A stretch of 64,000 nt of DNA from NCBI GenBank assembly GCA_034780895.1, contig JAUZTB010000127.1, forward strand, positions 66,379,231 through 66,443,230, in the 5' to 3' direction. The position numbers and the translations under genes are program-made. The notes under the pieces were generated by a model, which made no database searches, was not told the origin of the DNA, and worked only from the letters and a program-made list of their open reading frames with translations. Below, in pieces: positions 38,993 through 51,825 of the stretch. How positions within the stretch are numbered: position 1 is the first letter of the stretch; each line of letters starts with the position of its first letter. Source of the DNA: Rhynchobatus australiae. Its lineage: Eukaryota.

Positions 38993-39141
38993 TGCTCAGA
39001 ACCTGCATGGAATACGACGATTGCCGAGATCTGAGTCACCTGACCCGAAAAGGAGGCGTGTCCACCAATGCGACTTTGAGGGATGTAATAAAGTGTATAC
39101 AAAGAGCTCTCACTTAAAGGCGCATCGAAGGATCCACACAG
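38993..39141 (+). CDS. KLF8: KLF8-like coding exon C: basic NLS and zinc finger 1 (149 nt, phase 2 to phase 1)
   Basis: Acceptor gcctcttgcctcttgtag and donor G|gtaggt. Encodes [49 protein letters not shown](G), the canonical KLF finger 1, with the intron in the TGEKP linker. Confidence 0.96.
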
Positions 39142-40759
39142 GTAGGTTTCACATCCAGGGTGCTGACTCCAGGGTGTTCATCTGAACAGGTTTAATTATC
39201 ATCTGTGGCTCTTATCTTCATCTTTTGTAGGTGTTAACAGATGCAACATGCCATATCTGTGCACGCATAGCCAACATGAGACATGCATGTTAGCATATTT
39301 AAAAGAATATGGATAGGCTGATAGATGATGAGAAAGGTAGCATGGCAAATAGTTGTATGAATACTTTTTATTCATTGCAAGTTCTTTTCTTGCTTTGTTG
39401 TAAACTGACATGCAACAGTCTGGAAGTGAAATGATAAGCGAACTACCTCTACATAAACCTCTGAATTATTCACCAAGGGAACCTTGCTACTGACCTCAGC
39501 TTAGGAAACCACTTGCTGGTTAAAACTGAAGTATTGGTTTAGTGCATTGTGACACCTGTGCTGTTTCTCAATAATTATAATTTCATCTGGCTTATTGGAT
39601 ATTTTAAAAGTTTGCTCAAGTATGGTTATGATTAATGTGAAGTAAATTTTATAATGAAATCATAACATCAATGCAAACCTCTTCCTTTGGCATTTATTTG
39701 ATATCTATGTCCCAGTAGGGGTCTGTCTCTGCATGGTTAACCTCCAGCCAGCTAGGAGATGATGGCCAATTTAAACAGGGAAGTAGCATAGTTGTGCACA
39801 GCACTGCTATCATTTCCCCATCTTAGAACCATCAGCAAAAGATTCCAGCTATTCCCAGAGAGCTTTTTCCAGATAGAGGTTTAATGTTGCACTCTTTATG
39901 GCGTCTGACAGCAGTGTGCAAAGTTGTGCTGCATCCCAGCATTTAAACTGCCTGCATTTTACATGAGAGTTTGGCCCATTCATCTGAATAGAGAAGAACA
40001 ACTGAGAGAGCAAGCTAAGCGAAATGTACAACTTTTTGACTTAATTAAGTTTAGTTAAATGTTTAAAATCATTCTTGCAGTTTTAAGTGTTGGCAGTTGA
40101 TATTTCAAATTTTTAATTATGTTTATCTTTTTTAATTGTAGGTTTTTTTTTGAATGACTCTAGTATTCAGAAAAACTCATTAATTTTTTCAGAATTGACA
40201 GTTGGCTAAGCAGGGTTTTTTATCAGCTGTTTCATGAGTGATGTATATTCTGTCAAACCCCCTCCCCCCATGTGACAACATTTATTTTAGTAAGGCCATT
40301 GAGTCCAGGGTACCTTGTATTATAGGCCAACCAGGTATGTTGCATGCTGTATGATCCAGCCAAATGAAGTGAGCAGTGGGTGCTGAAGGAAGAGTAGCAT
40401 GCAAGGCTGGGTCCAGTGGGAAAGAGGCAGACCCTAAAGAGCAGGAGAAGGAGCACTGAGTAGAAGTGCTATCATTGGCTATATTTGACTAGAGATTCCC
40501 TCACAGGGATGATTATCACAAGAAGGCTAGCAAATTGTAGTCCCCAGTGCAAACCAAATGCCCCTCCACAAGCCAATCCTAACACCATATATTATGCTGG
40601 TGATCAACTGGGAGATCCCAGATTGCACACCCCCAGCACTGAATATAACACATTAAAGAATGATGCCCTGATCCTATAAATTGGAATAGTTTGCTTCACA
40701 ATCTCGGTATTTCCTGATGAGTGGCATCCAGTTTAAAGAACTTTGATCCTTGTGTACCC

Positions 40760-40872
40760 GAGTTCTGATAAATAACCGTGACCTGAAATATCAACTCCAT
40801 CTCTGATCCCAAGGATGTTGCTTGATCTGCTTCCGGCATTTTATGTTTTTGTTTTGGATTTCCATCATCTGC
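40760..40872 (+). mobile_element. Penelope-like pLTR remnant
   Basis: gttctgataaa...gacctgaaatatcaact...gatgttgcttgatctg...gatttccatcatctgca. Confidence 0.55.
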
Positions 40873-42789
40873 AAAATATTTGTTCCCATCAGGGATGGCG
40901 AGTCAACATTGCAGCCACAGCAGCTGAGGGTAATGCACATAACAAGTTCATCAGATTGGCATTCAGTGGTTAGGGAGATGCATTTCAAGCAATGAAGTCT
41001 ACAGAATTACACCAAGGAGAAATCCTTCGTCAAAGATAACTTGAAACTCTTGCAAAAATGGAGCACAACTGATGTTGTTTCAGTTGTTTCATTCAGCTTG
41101 CACCAATAGATCTGATCGCTTTGTGACATTTTCCTGCAGCACAAGTGCTTTTCACAATTCCTGTTACGTTTAATTCCTCAAATAAAGGGGAGTCCTGGAG
41201 AACAGGCAATGTAGAGCGAATGTTTTGCCTCACCATATGACCAGTCTTGTACTTCCCTGCCTCTTGTAGTCCCTCCCTTAGAGGTGACCGTGCTAAGTAT
41301 TGTAAGAGCAGAATAAGCAGCAAAAAGAACCATGAAAGAGAAATCAATTTCACATTGGATGTTATATGCAATCTTTGCCAGAATAATGTGGCAGCTCTGG
41401 CATCAGTACGATTATTTCACAATCGTGTGGTCTGCTGCAAAGGGACTATAATTTTTAAGAGTAAAACATTATTCTGCTGACCAGCAATCAAGATTTTGCC
41501 TGTACCTGTTGACTTGGAATGCATGATATCAGCAATCTTTCAAGATGAGAAAGGTATGCAGAAGCTGCCATATTAATCTGGCTATTTCTGCACAGTGAAG
41601 GATGTTATTTGCCTGAATGGATCATGGTGAGGCTGCATAGAAGCTAGAAAAGTCTGTCACCTTCATTTGTGCTTGCACGGCAGCTGCCACTTGCACCAGT
41701 AGAGGTGTGGCAGCAAGCCCTTGGAAAGATGCGTGCATAGCCTCCAGAAGTCCTGTTCTACTCAACCACCTGTGAGAACATAGAGGTGGACTCTAACTCC
41801 TTGTTGTCTTCTGCATTTGGACAGGGAGGTCTGACAACATGTAACATTTCTGTTGCGTTTGCACATCAGCCTCGATGTGAGTGCATTCCAGTTGTGGTCC
41901 TTGTGCACCTTACCTCCAACAACCCCTGCACCAGATTCCCTATACCAGACTGCTCACCACTCATGCCTGGGGTCTCCCTGTGACACCTGCCCCTTTAGCC
42001 TTTGCTGTTCATTTCTCCGAGGTGGCGATATGGGGTTTCCGGTCCAGTGACGTCAGATGGCCACCATTATCGTCTGCCTGTACTCCTTCTCCTCCGGTGA
42101 TTCCTCCTACATGCCCTACTCCTCTTGCTCTGATTCCACTTGTCTAGAAAAAGAGAAGGGTACCCTGAAGAGACACGAGAAGGTGGTTCTGTTCAGCAAA
42201 ACACTATCATGGTGGTGCAGCATGACAGTAGAACTTTATTAATGGACATATTTGGAGGATTCCATGTAGCACATGCTTATAAGGTGACCTGTGCCTCTGT
42301 AGCCCCTTTGTGCACATGGAGAAGGGTGGAGCCATTGTACTGGCGAGGGCTCACTCCCCGTACAGGTTGCCTTCCTCCTATAACTGCTGAGTTAGCCTAA
42401 ATAGTGATGAAGGCCTTGAGTTGCCCTTTCATTGCCCTACCGTTTGGAGGCTTGGTGAGTGAAGGTGTAGGAGAAGGTTGGGTGTGTGGTCAGTGTGGAT
42501 GGAGTAAAAACTTGTGTGCTAAATAGATTGTGTGTGTATCTGGTGAAGATAATTACTTTTAGTGGTGTGCAGCTCATCTGGGCTTAGTCCCCCTTCCCCA
42601 CCCTCTTCTNNNNNNNNNNNNNNNNNNNNNNNNNNNNNNNNNNNNNNNNNNNNNNNNNNNNNNNNNNNNNNNNNNNNNNNNNNNNNNNNNNNNNNNNNNN
42701 NNNNNNNNNCCCACCCCCAATTTATAAGACTTCCCTCCTGGCATGTAGTTCATTAGCCAGGACTCTGTCTTCGTGATCTAGGAGCTTCC

Positions 42790-43035
42790 TCTGCCTCCCC
42801 CCGCAGCCTGCCTCTCCTGCATGGCAGCTGCTGTCTGGTTGCCATGGGGAATGAGCCTTTGAAGCCTGACACCCTTCTCGAATTGCCATGCGGCAGGCAG
42901 CCGAGTCCTGTTGAGCCTGGTCCAGTCCCGAACTGTGCAGCTCTTGTTTTAGCACATTCTTAGCATGGCCACTTCTAGGCTGTTTCAAGTGCAGTTTTGA
43001 CCAAATTTTACGTTTCCTTGAGGGGAACTTGGCAT
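42790..43035 (-). mobile_element. RTE-like LINE C-terminal fragment
   Basis: LDQAQQDSAACRMAIREGCQA resembles the RTE C-terminal W..LAQDR..WR..I..G motif, and a basic RKRK-like stretch lies upstream. Confidence 0.45.
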
Positions 43036-43859
43036 GAGGACCGAATACAACGATGTTTTAGTGTGTTGGAAATAGGTGCAATCTATGTCAAAGCCTCTGA
43101 TGCCCACAAGAGGGTGCTGGAAGCCTGAAGAAACTCAGGCCTTGCAATTTACGCAATGCTGTTTATTCTGTGTTACGCAAGTGCGGATTGATTTTACCCT
43201 GTGTGAAAGGTGATTGCGACTGCTCCTGGGTCATTATGACCTGGGACCTCCTGGGTTGAGTTAGCTTTGTGCACCAACTGCAATTTCTGTTTTAGACATC
43301 ACTGTCCATGCAACACTCATTTTGGAGCACTGTGAGGGGAAGTGGACCCAGTGGTCCTGAGAGTGACCATCATTGGGCCCTTCTGGGATGAATAGGTTTT
43401 AATAATTGGGCTGGAATAGGGTGTCTATATGCCCCACATTATTGATTATACAGACCCACCTATACACAGCAATGCCCCTACCTGGCCGCACCTCCCTCCT
43501 GACCCTCCAGTCCCCGCTTTGGACCACCCTACTGTGCCAAGTTTGTGATCCTTGAGCATTTACATTACTTGCTGCTACAGCATGATGTCTGTTCATGACC
43601 CATAGCTGCTGCCCCCCTTTGCCTCTGAAACCCCAGACCTTGCCTTGGTCATGTTTCAAGAACAAAAATCTGCAGTGACCTCACATTAAAGAGTTTGATT
43701 GAAATTTGCAACAGTAGATACATGGCTATTTGGATGGATAAGAATTTCTAAGCCTCAGTGCTTTGGTGTAATGGTGTCCTGCGTGTTACATGGATCAATG
43801 TTTACGTTCAAGTAGTAAAAAAAATTTTTTTTCTCAAGAACTATATTATGTTTTATATT

Positions 43860-44490
43860 GCAGGAAATGTAAGATGTTTCACTTAGGTAGGTTGGATAGA
43901 ATAACTGAATTGATTTTAAATGGTGATCAGCTATTAAATGTTGATATTAATTGGGATTTAGGAGCCCTTAAATATGAATAATGTTAACATGCAGGTACAG
44001 GAAGCAGTTTGGAGGGAATATACCTTGTTGCCCTTCATTATAAAGACGTTGAAGTACTGAAGCAAGGAAGTTGTGCAGGACTTCATTGAGACCTTGCCTA
44101 GAGAACCACACTGGAGTGATACACTTACCTAGTGCCGCAAAGATTCACTCAATTAATCACCTGGGATGAAGGAGGGAGTGAGTAGGATAGGTCTGGAGTT
44201 TAGAAAAATGAAAGGTGACCTCATCGAAACATGATGTTATAAGTGAGCTTGATGGGATGGAAAGGCTAGAACTAAGAGGTATAGCATTGGGATAAGGAGT
44301 AAGTTGTGAACTCATTGGGTTGTGAATTTACTACCCTAGGCTGAGGTTGGTAGATTTTCAAGGTAAATAGGNNNNNNNNNNNNNNNNNNNNNNNNNNNNN
44401 NNNNNNNNNNNAATCAATGCTCAATCATGATCCCATTGATTAGTGGAGCTGGCCCAGGGAATCATATAGTTTACTTCCTACTTCTTATGA
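43860..44490 (+). mobile_element. Degenerate CR1 3' portion
   Basis: aaatgtaagatgtttcacttagg...ttaacatgcaggtacag...ggagtttagaaaaatgaaaggtgacctcatcgaaac...cttcctacttcttatg. Confidence 0.75.
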
Positions 44491-45482
44491 AAGTTTAATG
44501 TAAGGCCATCATTTTGGAAGCCATTGTACTGAGTATAATCTAAGTATTTGGTGGCAAAGCAGTGGATGAAAGCTGCTGTTTAAACCCTATACTTGAAATC
44601 TTCAAGCCTGGACTGCAGTGTAAAAATGCAGAATTTTAAGATGAATTTATATTTCTGGTTACAAGCATTATACAAAAGTTTTGCTACATCAGTGTTAAAC
44701 CAGCTGACAAATTAGCGTAACATCAATTTAACCTTTCTGAATAATATGTTTTCTGTACTGCATTTGGAAGAAATATGATGCTGGAACGTGGAAAGGTTAG
44801 AACTGACATCAGAAAGCAAAGAGCTCGCTTGGAAGAGACAGTAAAAGCTACTGGTGAACTTGGGTGTGACAAGCTGTCAGTTCACTTTGTGGAATATAAA
44901 TACACCCTAATGGTCAGAATATTAGTTTCTCTCATCAGTAAGAGGTTGCCAGTAGAATATCAAATGCGTGCTGCTCATTGATTAAGAAATCAAAGAGAAT
45001 TTAGATTAAAAAGAATATTCTTTTGAGAATGAAAAATACATTGCCATATGGAATAATGAGGTGCGTGGCTTTTAAACATAGATAAGCAGATGAGGAAGAT
45101 AGGAATGGTTTAGACTCACAGATGTAGATGTCATGGATTGGAATTAACGGACAGTTTCTACACTATACGTTTAGTGCTGTTGGTAAAGTGTTTGCTGTGT
45201 TTTTTTCATGGCTGAAAGTATGTAAAGTACCATTCATCGTTGGCACAGTGAACAGTGTCAATGCACTGAAGCCCAGGAATCTGCACAGAGGCTGACATTT
45301 CAAAGTTATTTGTGGTTTTTAATCGTGGAGTCACTGAGGATCAGCTTAATGACATCTGATGCTGCTGATTACTTATTAGGGACTAGAGCATCACATTGAG
45401 TTAACATTACTCATCTTCTGCTTGGCAAGATAGCCTGATGCAATAGCTGGTCCTTTTGGGCCCAGTGCAGTCAGGTGCACTG

Positions 45483-45780
45483 TAGAGCCATAGAGTGATA
45501 CAGCACAGAAGCAGGCCCTTCAGCCCATCGAGTCTGGCCAGCCATCAACCACCCATTTACGTTAATCCGACATTAATCTCACTTTTTTATTCTCCCTATG
45601 TTATCATCAACTCTCCCAGATTCAAGCACTCACCTACACACTAGGGGCAATTTACAGTGGCCAAGTAATCTACCAACCCACATGTCTTTGAAGTGTGGGA
45701 GGAAACTGGAATGCCCAGGAGAAACCCACGTGGACACAGGGAGACCGTGCAAACTCCACACAGACAACACTGGAGGTCAA
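45483..45780 (-). mobile_element. V-SINE fragment with CR1-derived tail
   Basis: tgtgggaggaaactggaatgcccaggagaaacccacgtggacacagggagaccgtgcaaactccacacagaca, with tail cagcacagaagcaggcccttcagccc. Confidence 0.8.
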
Positions 45781-46559
45781 TATTTTATTAAGAATCTGCA
45801 TTTCAGCTGACCTCCATGTGTGTTTGGGCATCACAGTCCTAGATATTTGGGGATGTAATCCTAATAGCGGTGTGGTTTAAAATTTGGGGGAAGTATTCAG
45901 AATTGATGACCACATTTGGATTTTTAGACAGTCACTACTTGTTGAATTCATGCATTCGGACTGAATGGATAAAGCAAAATTTACTCTTAAACACTGACTA
46001 TGTAACGTTTCATTGCTGAACCTGTTGATCATGTTGTCATTTCAGAGGCGCATGTACACACTCCCAGCAAGAGTTACACAAGTTAATGGTCGTCAGCTTA
46101 CTGTCACTTTTGTTTGATCTTCTGCAACCTCCTGACCATTTACCACCCATCACATCAGCCTAAGGTCTCTGAAATAAACTGAAAGCAGGCACCAACATTG
46201 CTCAACTCTGCCCTGCAGGCTTTCTACATGAACAAGGCCATTGGGAGAACTTGGTTGAGGTTTTCAGTCGTGCAATGCCTAAAGGTCACTTTGGACCGAT
46301 AAACTTGTTGCTGGACATCACCTGATGATCAATAGATTCTAGTCTATTGATGCTGAGCAATGTGTTATTGACCAACTTTGGAATTTGAATGAATTCTGAT
46401 ATACATTGGGGGCAGTTATAAAATCTCCTGATTGGGCTCCACATACCATTTTCCTAAATTGGAATTAATTCAATATCAGCATTAGCCTTTCAGTTCAGAT
46501 GAGGGTTTCAAACAGTGCTACACTTTGTTAGCTGCCAGAGGCATGTTAGTTTAAATGTA

Positions 46560-46916
46560 CAGTGGCTTGCAAAAGTTTGGGCACCCCGGTCAAAATTTCT
46601 GTTACTGTGAATAGCTAAGCGAGTAAAAGATGACCTGATTTCCANNNNNNNNNNNNNNNNNNNNNNNNNNNNNNNNNNNNNNNNNNNNNNNNNNNNNNNN
46701 NNNNNNNNNNNNNNNNNNNNNNNNNNNNNNNNNNNNNNNNNNNNACTCTAAAATTGTACAAAACAAAAATAATACACTAATCTTGCTTAAAATGTTGAAA
46801 AGAATGTTTCATCTTTAACTTCATGACTTTTGGAGATCAGTTCATCTTCTACTCACTTAACTATTCACAGTAACAGAAATGTTGACCAAAAGTGCCCAAA
46901 CTTTTGCATGTCGCTG
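46560..46916. mobile_element. Tc1/mariner-type DNA transposon (interior hidden by a 100-N gap)
   Basis: TA at 46558-46559 and 46917-46918. The left end cagtggcttgcaaaagtttgggcac...gatttcca matches the reverse complement of the right end over all 85 nt visible before the gap. CAGT terminus on the left. Confidence 0.92.
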
Positions 46917-48204
46917 TATTTGGATTAATCCAATAAAATTGAAAATAGTTATATAGGGAGATCATAGAAGGTTTTATAGGAGGGGTTAGGGCATTATTGG
47001 GATTTGCAAATTTATTCTGAATGTTTACAAATAGTGGACCTTGGAAACATCACATCTGCTTGACACTAACTTTAGGTTTCACTATTACAGCAACTTTAAA
47101 ATATTTTGCAAGTTAGAAATTTGCAACTGGATTGTTTTGTGTGTAACAGAAACTTAATCAATAATATTCCAAACAAAGTTAAGTCCTTCTCATACATAGA
47201 TTCTGAATTAATTGACTCGGGTGAAGCCTTTGAATAGAGCAAGCCACTAACACTAGCACTGTATAAGGCCTTAACTGGATAAGAGAAGCCTGCCTCATGT
47301 GTTAGTTATTGATCTGTTTTGACATCGGGTTATAACAGGAGTCAAAATTCTGGCAGGTAGGTTCTCCTTATGAAGATTACTTGGTCTTTGCTCTGACTCA
47401 CGCTGCCAGCTCCATGCTGCCAATGTTGTTCAGACCATGAACTGGACTTTTAGTCCATCCCAGACCACAGCTCGATTGCATGTCTGCCTCTCCGTCTCCT
47501 TGACTCCAGATTCAGCCTTCCTTATCATCTTCACAAACAGCAGCCTACCTGCTCCCTTCTGCTGGTCTGCTTGGTGGAACATGTGGCAGTCTAGTCTTTG
47601 AGTGCATTTTACATGCAGGACCTGTTGTATCATGCCCAATGTCTTGGACCTCATGGATGCTAAAACCTTGCTGCTGTATTGGGGAGCCTTGCATAAAGTT
47701 GGCCTGAGCCCACCCTACAGTGGTTTAACATACTTTTTTAAGCCTAAACTGCTCGCCAGGCAGATGGTAGAGAAGTGGTTAACCCAGTGGAGATCTGGAG
47801 GATGTGTCCCATGCAGCTTATAATAAGGCAGAATAAAGTGAAATTCCTTCTACACATGTTATGTCTATGCAAGAGGCAATATGCAAAATAAATGGAATAA
47901 TTTGCATATTCTCACAAGGGCTTTGTTGTGTCAGCATGAGATGATAGCATGAAGAGTATTAACTTCCACCGACACATCTGACCCAATTTGTTATTTCTTA
48001 TTTTCCTGAGCGTGATGTGGGATCTTGTATCACCAGCATCTGTACTGAGATGATTGATGTTCGTGCCTTGCCTGAATCATTACCATTGTGATTTTCATAA
48101 CAGTTATTGGCTGGCAGTGAGTGCTGAGGCAATGCACTGCATTCATCTCTCACTTAGACAGGAAGACTTGCATTTATATATCAGCCTTCACTAAGTCTTA
48201 TTTG

Positions 48205-48380
48205 GTCATGAGGAGAGACTCGATAGGCTGGGTTTGTTTTCTGTGGACAGACATGGCTGAGGGGAAACCCGATAGAGGTTTACAAAAATGTGAGGGACAT
48301 AGATAGAGTAAATAGCAGGAAACCTTTCCCCATAGCAGAGGTATCAAACTAGAGGACATGGGTTTAGGTTAAGGGGTAAA
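48205..48380 (+). mobile_element. CR1 fragment
   Basis: ggctgaggggaaacccgatagaggtttacaaaaatg...actagaggacatgggtttagg. Confidence 0.75.
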
Positions 48381-48957
48381 TTTCCCCATGTACCTCTGCC
48401 ATCCCAGTCTCTAATCCTACCTTTCTGAACAGCCTTCTCAACCCCAAAAGCTGGGCTGCCCCTCTCACTCTTCCAGTCTCCAGTGTGACTCCTTCCACAC
48501 ACCTCACAACTGCCATGCCTGACCCTCCCTAACCTCAACCCCTTCCCCTAGTTCCCAGATCCTCCTCACATTGTGCTATCCCCAGCCACTGTGACCCAGA
48601 CTCAGGCCTTAACTGTGCACAAAATGAAAAGGTTTTTGATTGCCCTAACATGCAAGTACTGTCCNNNNNNNNNNTTTGTGGTGGACAGGAATTTCATTGG
48701 CCCACGACTTACCACTCAATTCACCCAGTTTGCCAGGTGCCTTACCATTTCCAGGCCACTACAACTGAGTGTTATTAGCTTGAAATATTTATGCTATTAA
48801 AATGCCAGCTCTTCAATTTCTTTTATTACCCAGTTAAAGTGGGACCTATGTTACTGGGCCTGTTAATTGATGTGATTATTATGGTTATCCATTAGGCATA
48901 AATTTACTGACTCCCTCAGCGCTGATACGGAGATTGTAGTCCCTCTGTCTATACTCC

Positions 48958-49360
48958 TCGCTGCCTCAGTAAAGCAGCCAACATAATCAAAGACCCCACC
49001 CACCCCTGGCATTCTCTCGTCTCCCCCCACCTATTGGGCAGAAAATACAAAAGCCTGAAAGCATGTACCACCAGGCTCAAGGACAGCTTCTATCCCGCTG
49101 TTACGACTATTGAATGGTCCCCTAGTACGACAAAATGGACTCTTGACCTCACAATCTACCTTGTTATGGCCTTGCACCTTATTGACTGCCTGCACTGCAC
49201 TTTCTCTGTAACTGTAACACTTTATTCTGCATTCTATTTTTGTTTTCCCTTGTACTACCTCAAAGCACTGTTATAATGAAATGATTTGTATGGATGGCAT
49301 GTAAAACAAAGATTTTCACTGTACCTTGCTACATGTGACATTAATGGAACAATTTACCAA
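48958..49360 (+). mobile_element. Rex1/Babar-type LINE 3' end
   Basis: KAANIIKDPTHP..SL...GRKYKSLKACTTRLKDSFYPAV is the Rex/Babar ORF C-terminal signature, followed by a 3' UTR. Confidence 0.82.
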
Positions 49361-49363
49361 GCC

Positions 49364-49522
49364 CCAGACTGACACTGAGGGAATGCTATGCTGTTGGAAC
49401 TGCCATCTTTTGACTGGGATGGAAAACTTACACCCTATTACTTGGGGTTTGCATTAGATCCCAAGAGAACCTTTGAAGGAAAGCAAATAAATCCTGCTAT
49501 CCCAGCCTAGCCAACACTTATC
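49364..49522 (+). mobile_element. Deu-SINE (SacSINE/AmnSINE-like) fragment
   Basis: actgagggaatgctatgctgttggaactgccatctttt...agatccca...gccaacacttatc resembles the Deu core as recalled; a related fragment lies at ~59975-60140. Confidence 0.55.
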
Positions 49523-50292
49523 TTTGGCAACACCAAGTGCGGACTGGGCTACCACTTTGCCAAGCGCCTGTGTTCTGTCCAGAGTGTCCATCTTGAGCTC
49601 CTGGTTGAAAGCCATTTCAATTCCTCCCCAACCACCACCCCCCCCATTCCCACTGTGACCTATAGATGTTGACCTCCTCCACTGCCAGAGTGAAGCCAAC
49701 CGCAAGCTAAAGGAATAGCTAAAGGAAAACACCTCATCTTCTGTGTGAGTCATCTATAACCCAATGGCATGAACAACTGAATTCTCCAATTTCAGGTAGC
49801 CCAAACCCCCTCTCTTCCTTTCTCTGCTCTCCTGTTCCACCCAGCTCCTCTCGCACAACCCGTTCTTTTCAAACCCCCTCCCCCACCTGGTTCTAACTGC
49901 CTATCACTCACATGCTCAATCCACTGTGTCCCCTAACCTCTCCCAACTGTTCCCATTTGCCCGTCACCTCTCCCTTATCTGGTTTCATTCATCACCTTCC
50001 TTTCTTAGATTCCATAATTTTGTTCTCTCCACTATTATCTCCCAATCTCCGAATCTCCACCTTTCTCCACCTGGTTTCATCTGCCTATCAACCCCTCCTC
50101 ACCTAAATCTATCCATTACTTGCCAGCTCCTGCCTCACTGCTCCCCCTCACCTCTTTGTACTGGTTATCTCCCCTTTGCACTCTCAGTCCTGATGCAGGG
50201 TCTCAATCTGTAAAGTCAACTGTCCCTTTGCCTCTACAGATGCTCCAGAAGCTTGTTTTTGGCTCCAGATCCCAGCATCTGCAACCTCTCAA
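49523..50292 (+). mobile_element. Penelope-like element 3' part: GIY-YIG endonuclease C-terminus and pLTR
   Basis: FGNTKCGLGYHFAKRLCSV...HFNS...LLHCQSEANRKL...HLIF...PNGMN.EFSNFR* (stop ~49797-49799), then a C-rich UTR and a pLTR tail with a hammerhead-like motif. Confidence 0.85.
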
Positions 50293-51482
50293 GCATTTAT
50301 CCTTTGGTCAGGATCCATAGACTGATTAACTAGCTGACTCAAAAATCAATTATACAGTACAGAGTGGTCCATTCTACCCAGATGGTCCATGCTGACATTT
50401 AGCTTCCATACTAACTTCCTCACATTAAGACCACATCTCCAGGATTGGCTTTAGTGTCATTCTAAGATCCTTTAGTGTGAATGATATAAGTGCAAGATCT
50501 TCCTTACTGTCTACTCATACCATTCAGTAGTCTTGAGAACTCAGCACTCTTCTGTCTCCTGTGTTTTGCCTCAACGCCAAACCCGTTTTCTCTTCCTTTC
50601 ACTTTCTTGTGCTAGGTTACAAGTTCATGGACCCTGGTGGTTCTTCATTACCTCTTTCACCTTCACGCTTTCAAGCTAAGCTGAGGAGAACATGAAACTT
50701 TACGATCCTGGGCACTGTGGGGCAAAGTCAACCACTCTTGCCTTTACTTGCCATAATGTCAGGTGTTTAACCAAATAATTAGCAGACAAAGCCTAACATG
50801 GGTATTTAATTCATAGTCGTTCTGTGGTTGTTTGAGGAGTGAAGAAGTTTGCCTTTATTGATGTATAATCAAAGTGGGGATGCACTCACAGAATGAAGCT
50901 AAATTCTACATTAAACAAAAAAATTTGGAACACTTATTTTTCTCTTACCTCTTCTTGCTCCCCGACTCCCACATCCTGCAATGTTGAATACTTTCAAACA
51001 AAGCCAAACAAAGTCTGTAATAGGTGTGTGATGGGAAGACTAATCCTATCCTCTTTCTCAAAAATTAAATTTATACCTATCTCTTGGGGTTTATATTTTT
51101 GTCGTTTGTAATTAAGAAAAGCTGCTGAATGAAAAGTATTCAGAGCCAGGGATGAAATGTGATCATTACATTGAATATGACTGGGACATCTCGGAAATTG
51201 GATGTACTGCACCTGTTCAGACAACAGGTCAGGAGAAGCACCAAGTAAAAGTACGGAAAAATTCTAGTTGGGCAGATAGGAAATGCATCTAATGGTAATA
51301 TTTATGATAAATTTATGTCACAGTACAGAAGGGTTTGTCTTTAATAGTTCCACAAATACATACATGCTCATCCTTTTTGGTAAATTAATTTTGCCCTGCA
51401 GTCTTAGAATTCAAGATCTAGAGGATCCAAATAGAGATGCTGTGTGGTATTGGAATGCTGCATACAATTGTATAGCAATTAA

Positions 51483-51686
<204 letters not shown>

Positions 51687-51801
51687 AGGTACTTTAAGGC
51701 CAACTTCACATCAGAGTCCTTGCTCTGCCTCCATCCCGTTATTCAGCATTGCTGAATTCTGACAGCACCTGCTGCAATATGGCACCTGTGGATGCCAATT
51801 T

Positions 51802-51825
51802 AGAGAGAGAGAAAGAGAGAGAGAG
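51802..51825 (+). repeat. (AG)n microsatellite in the proximal 3' UTR
   Basis: agagagagagaaagagagagagag. Confidence 0.9.

Noticed and set aside
42050-42300. Possible second Harbinger fragment on the minus strand (GILQICP...MLHH plus acidic tail)
   Set aside because: Similarity is too weak to support by eye.
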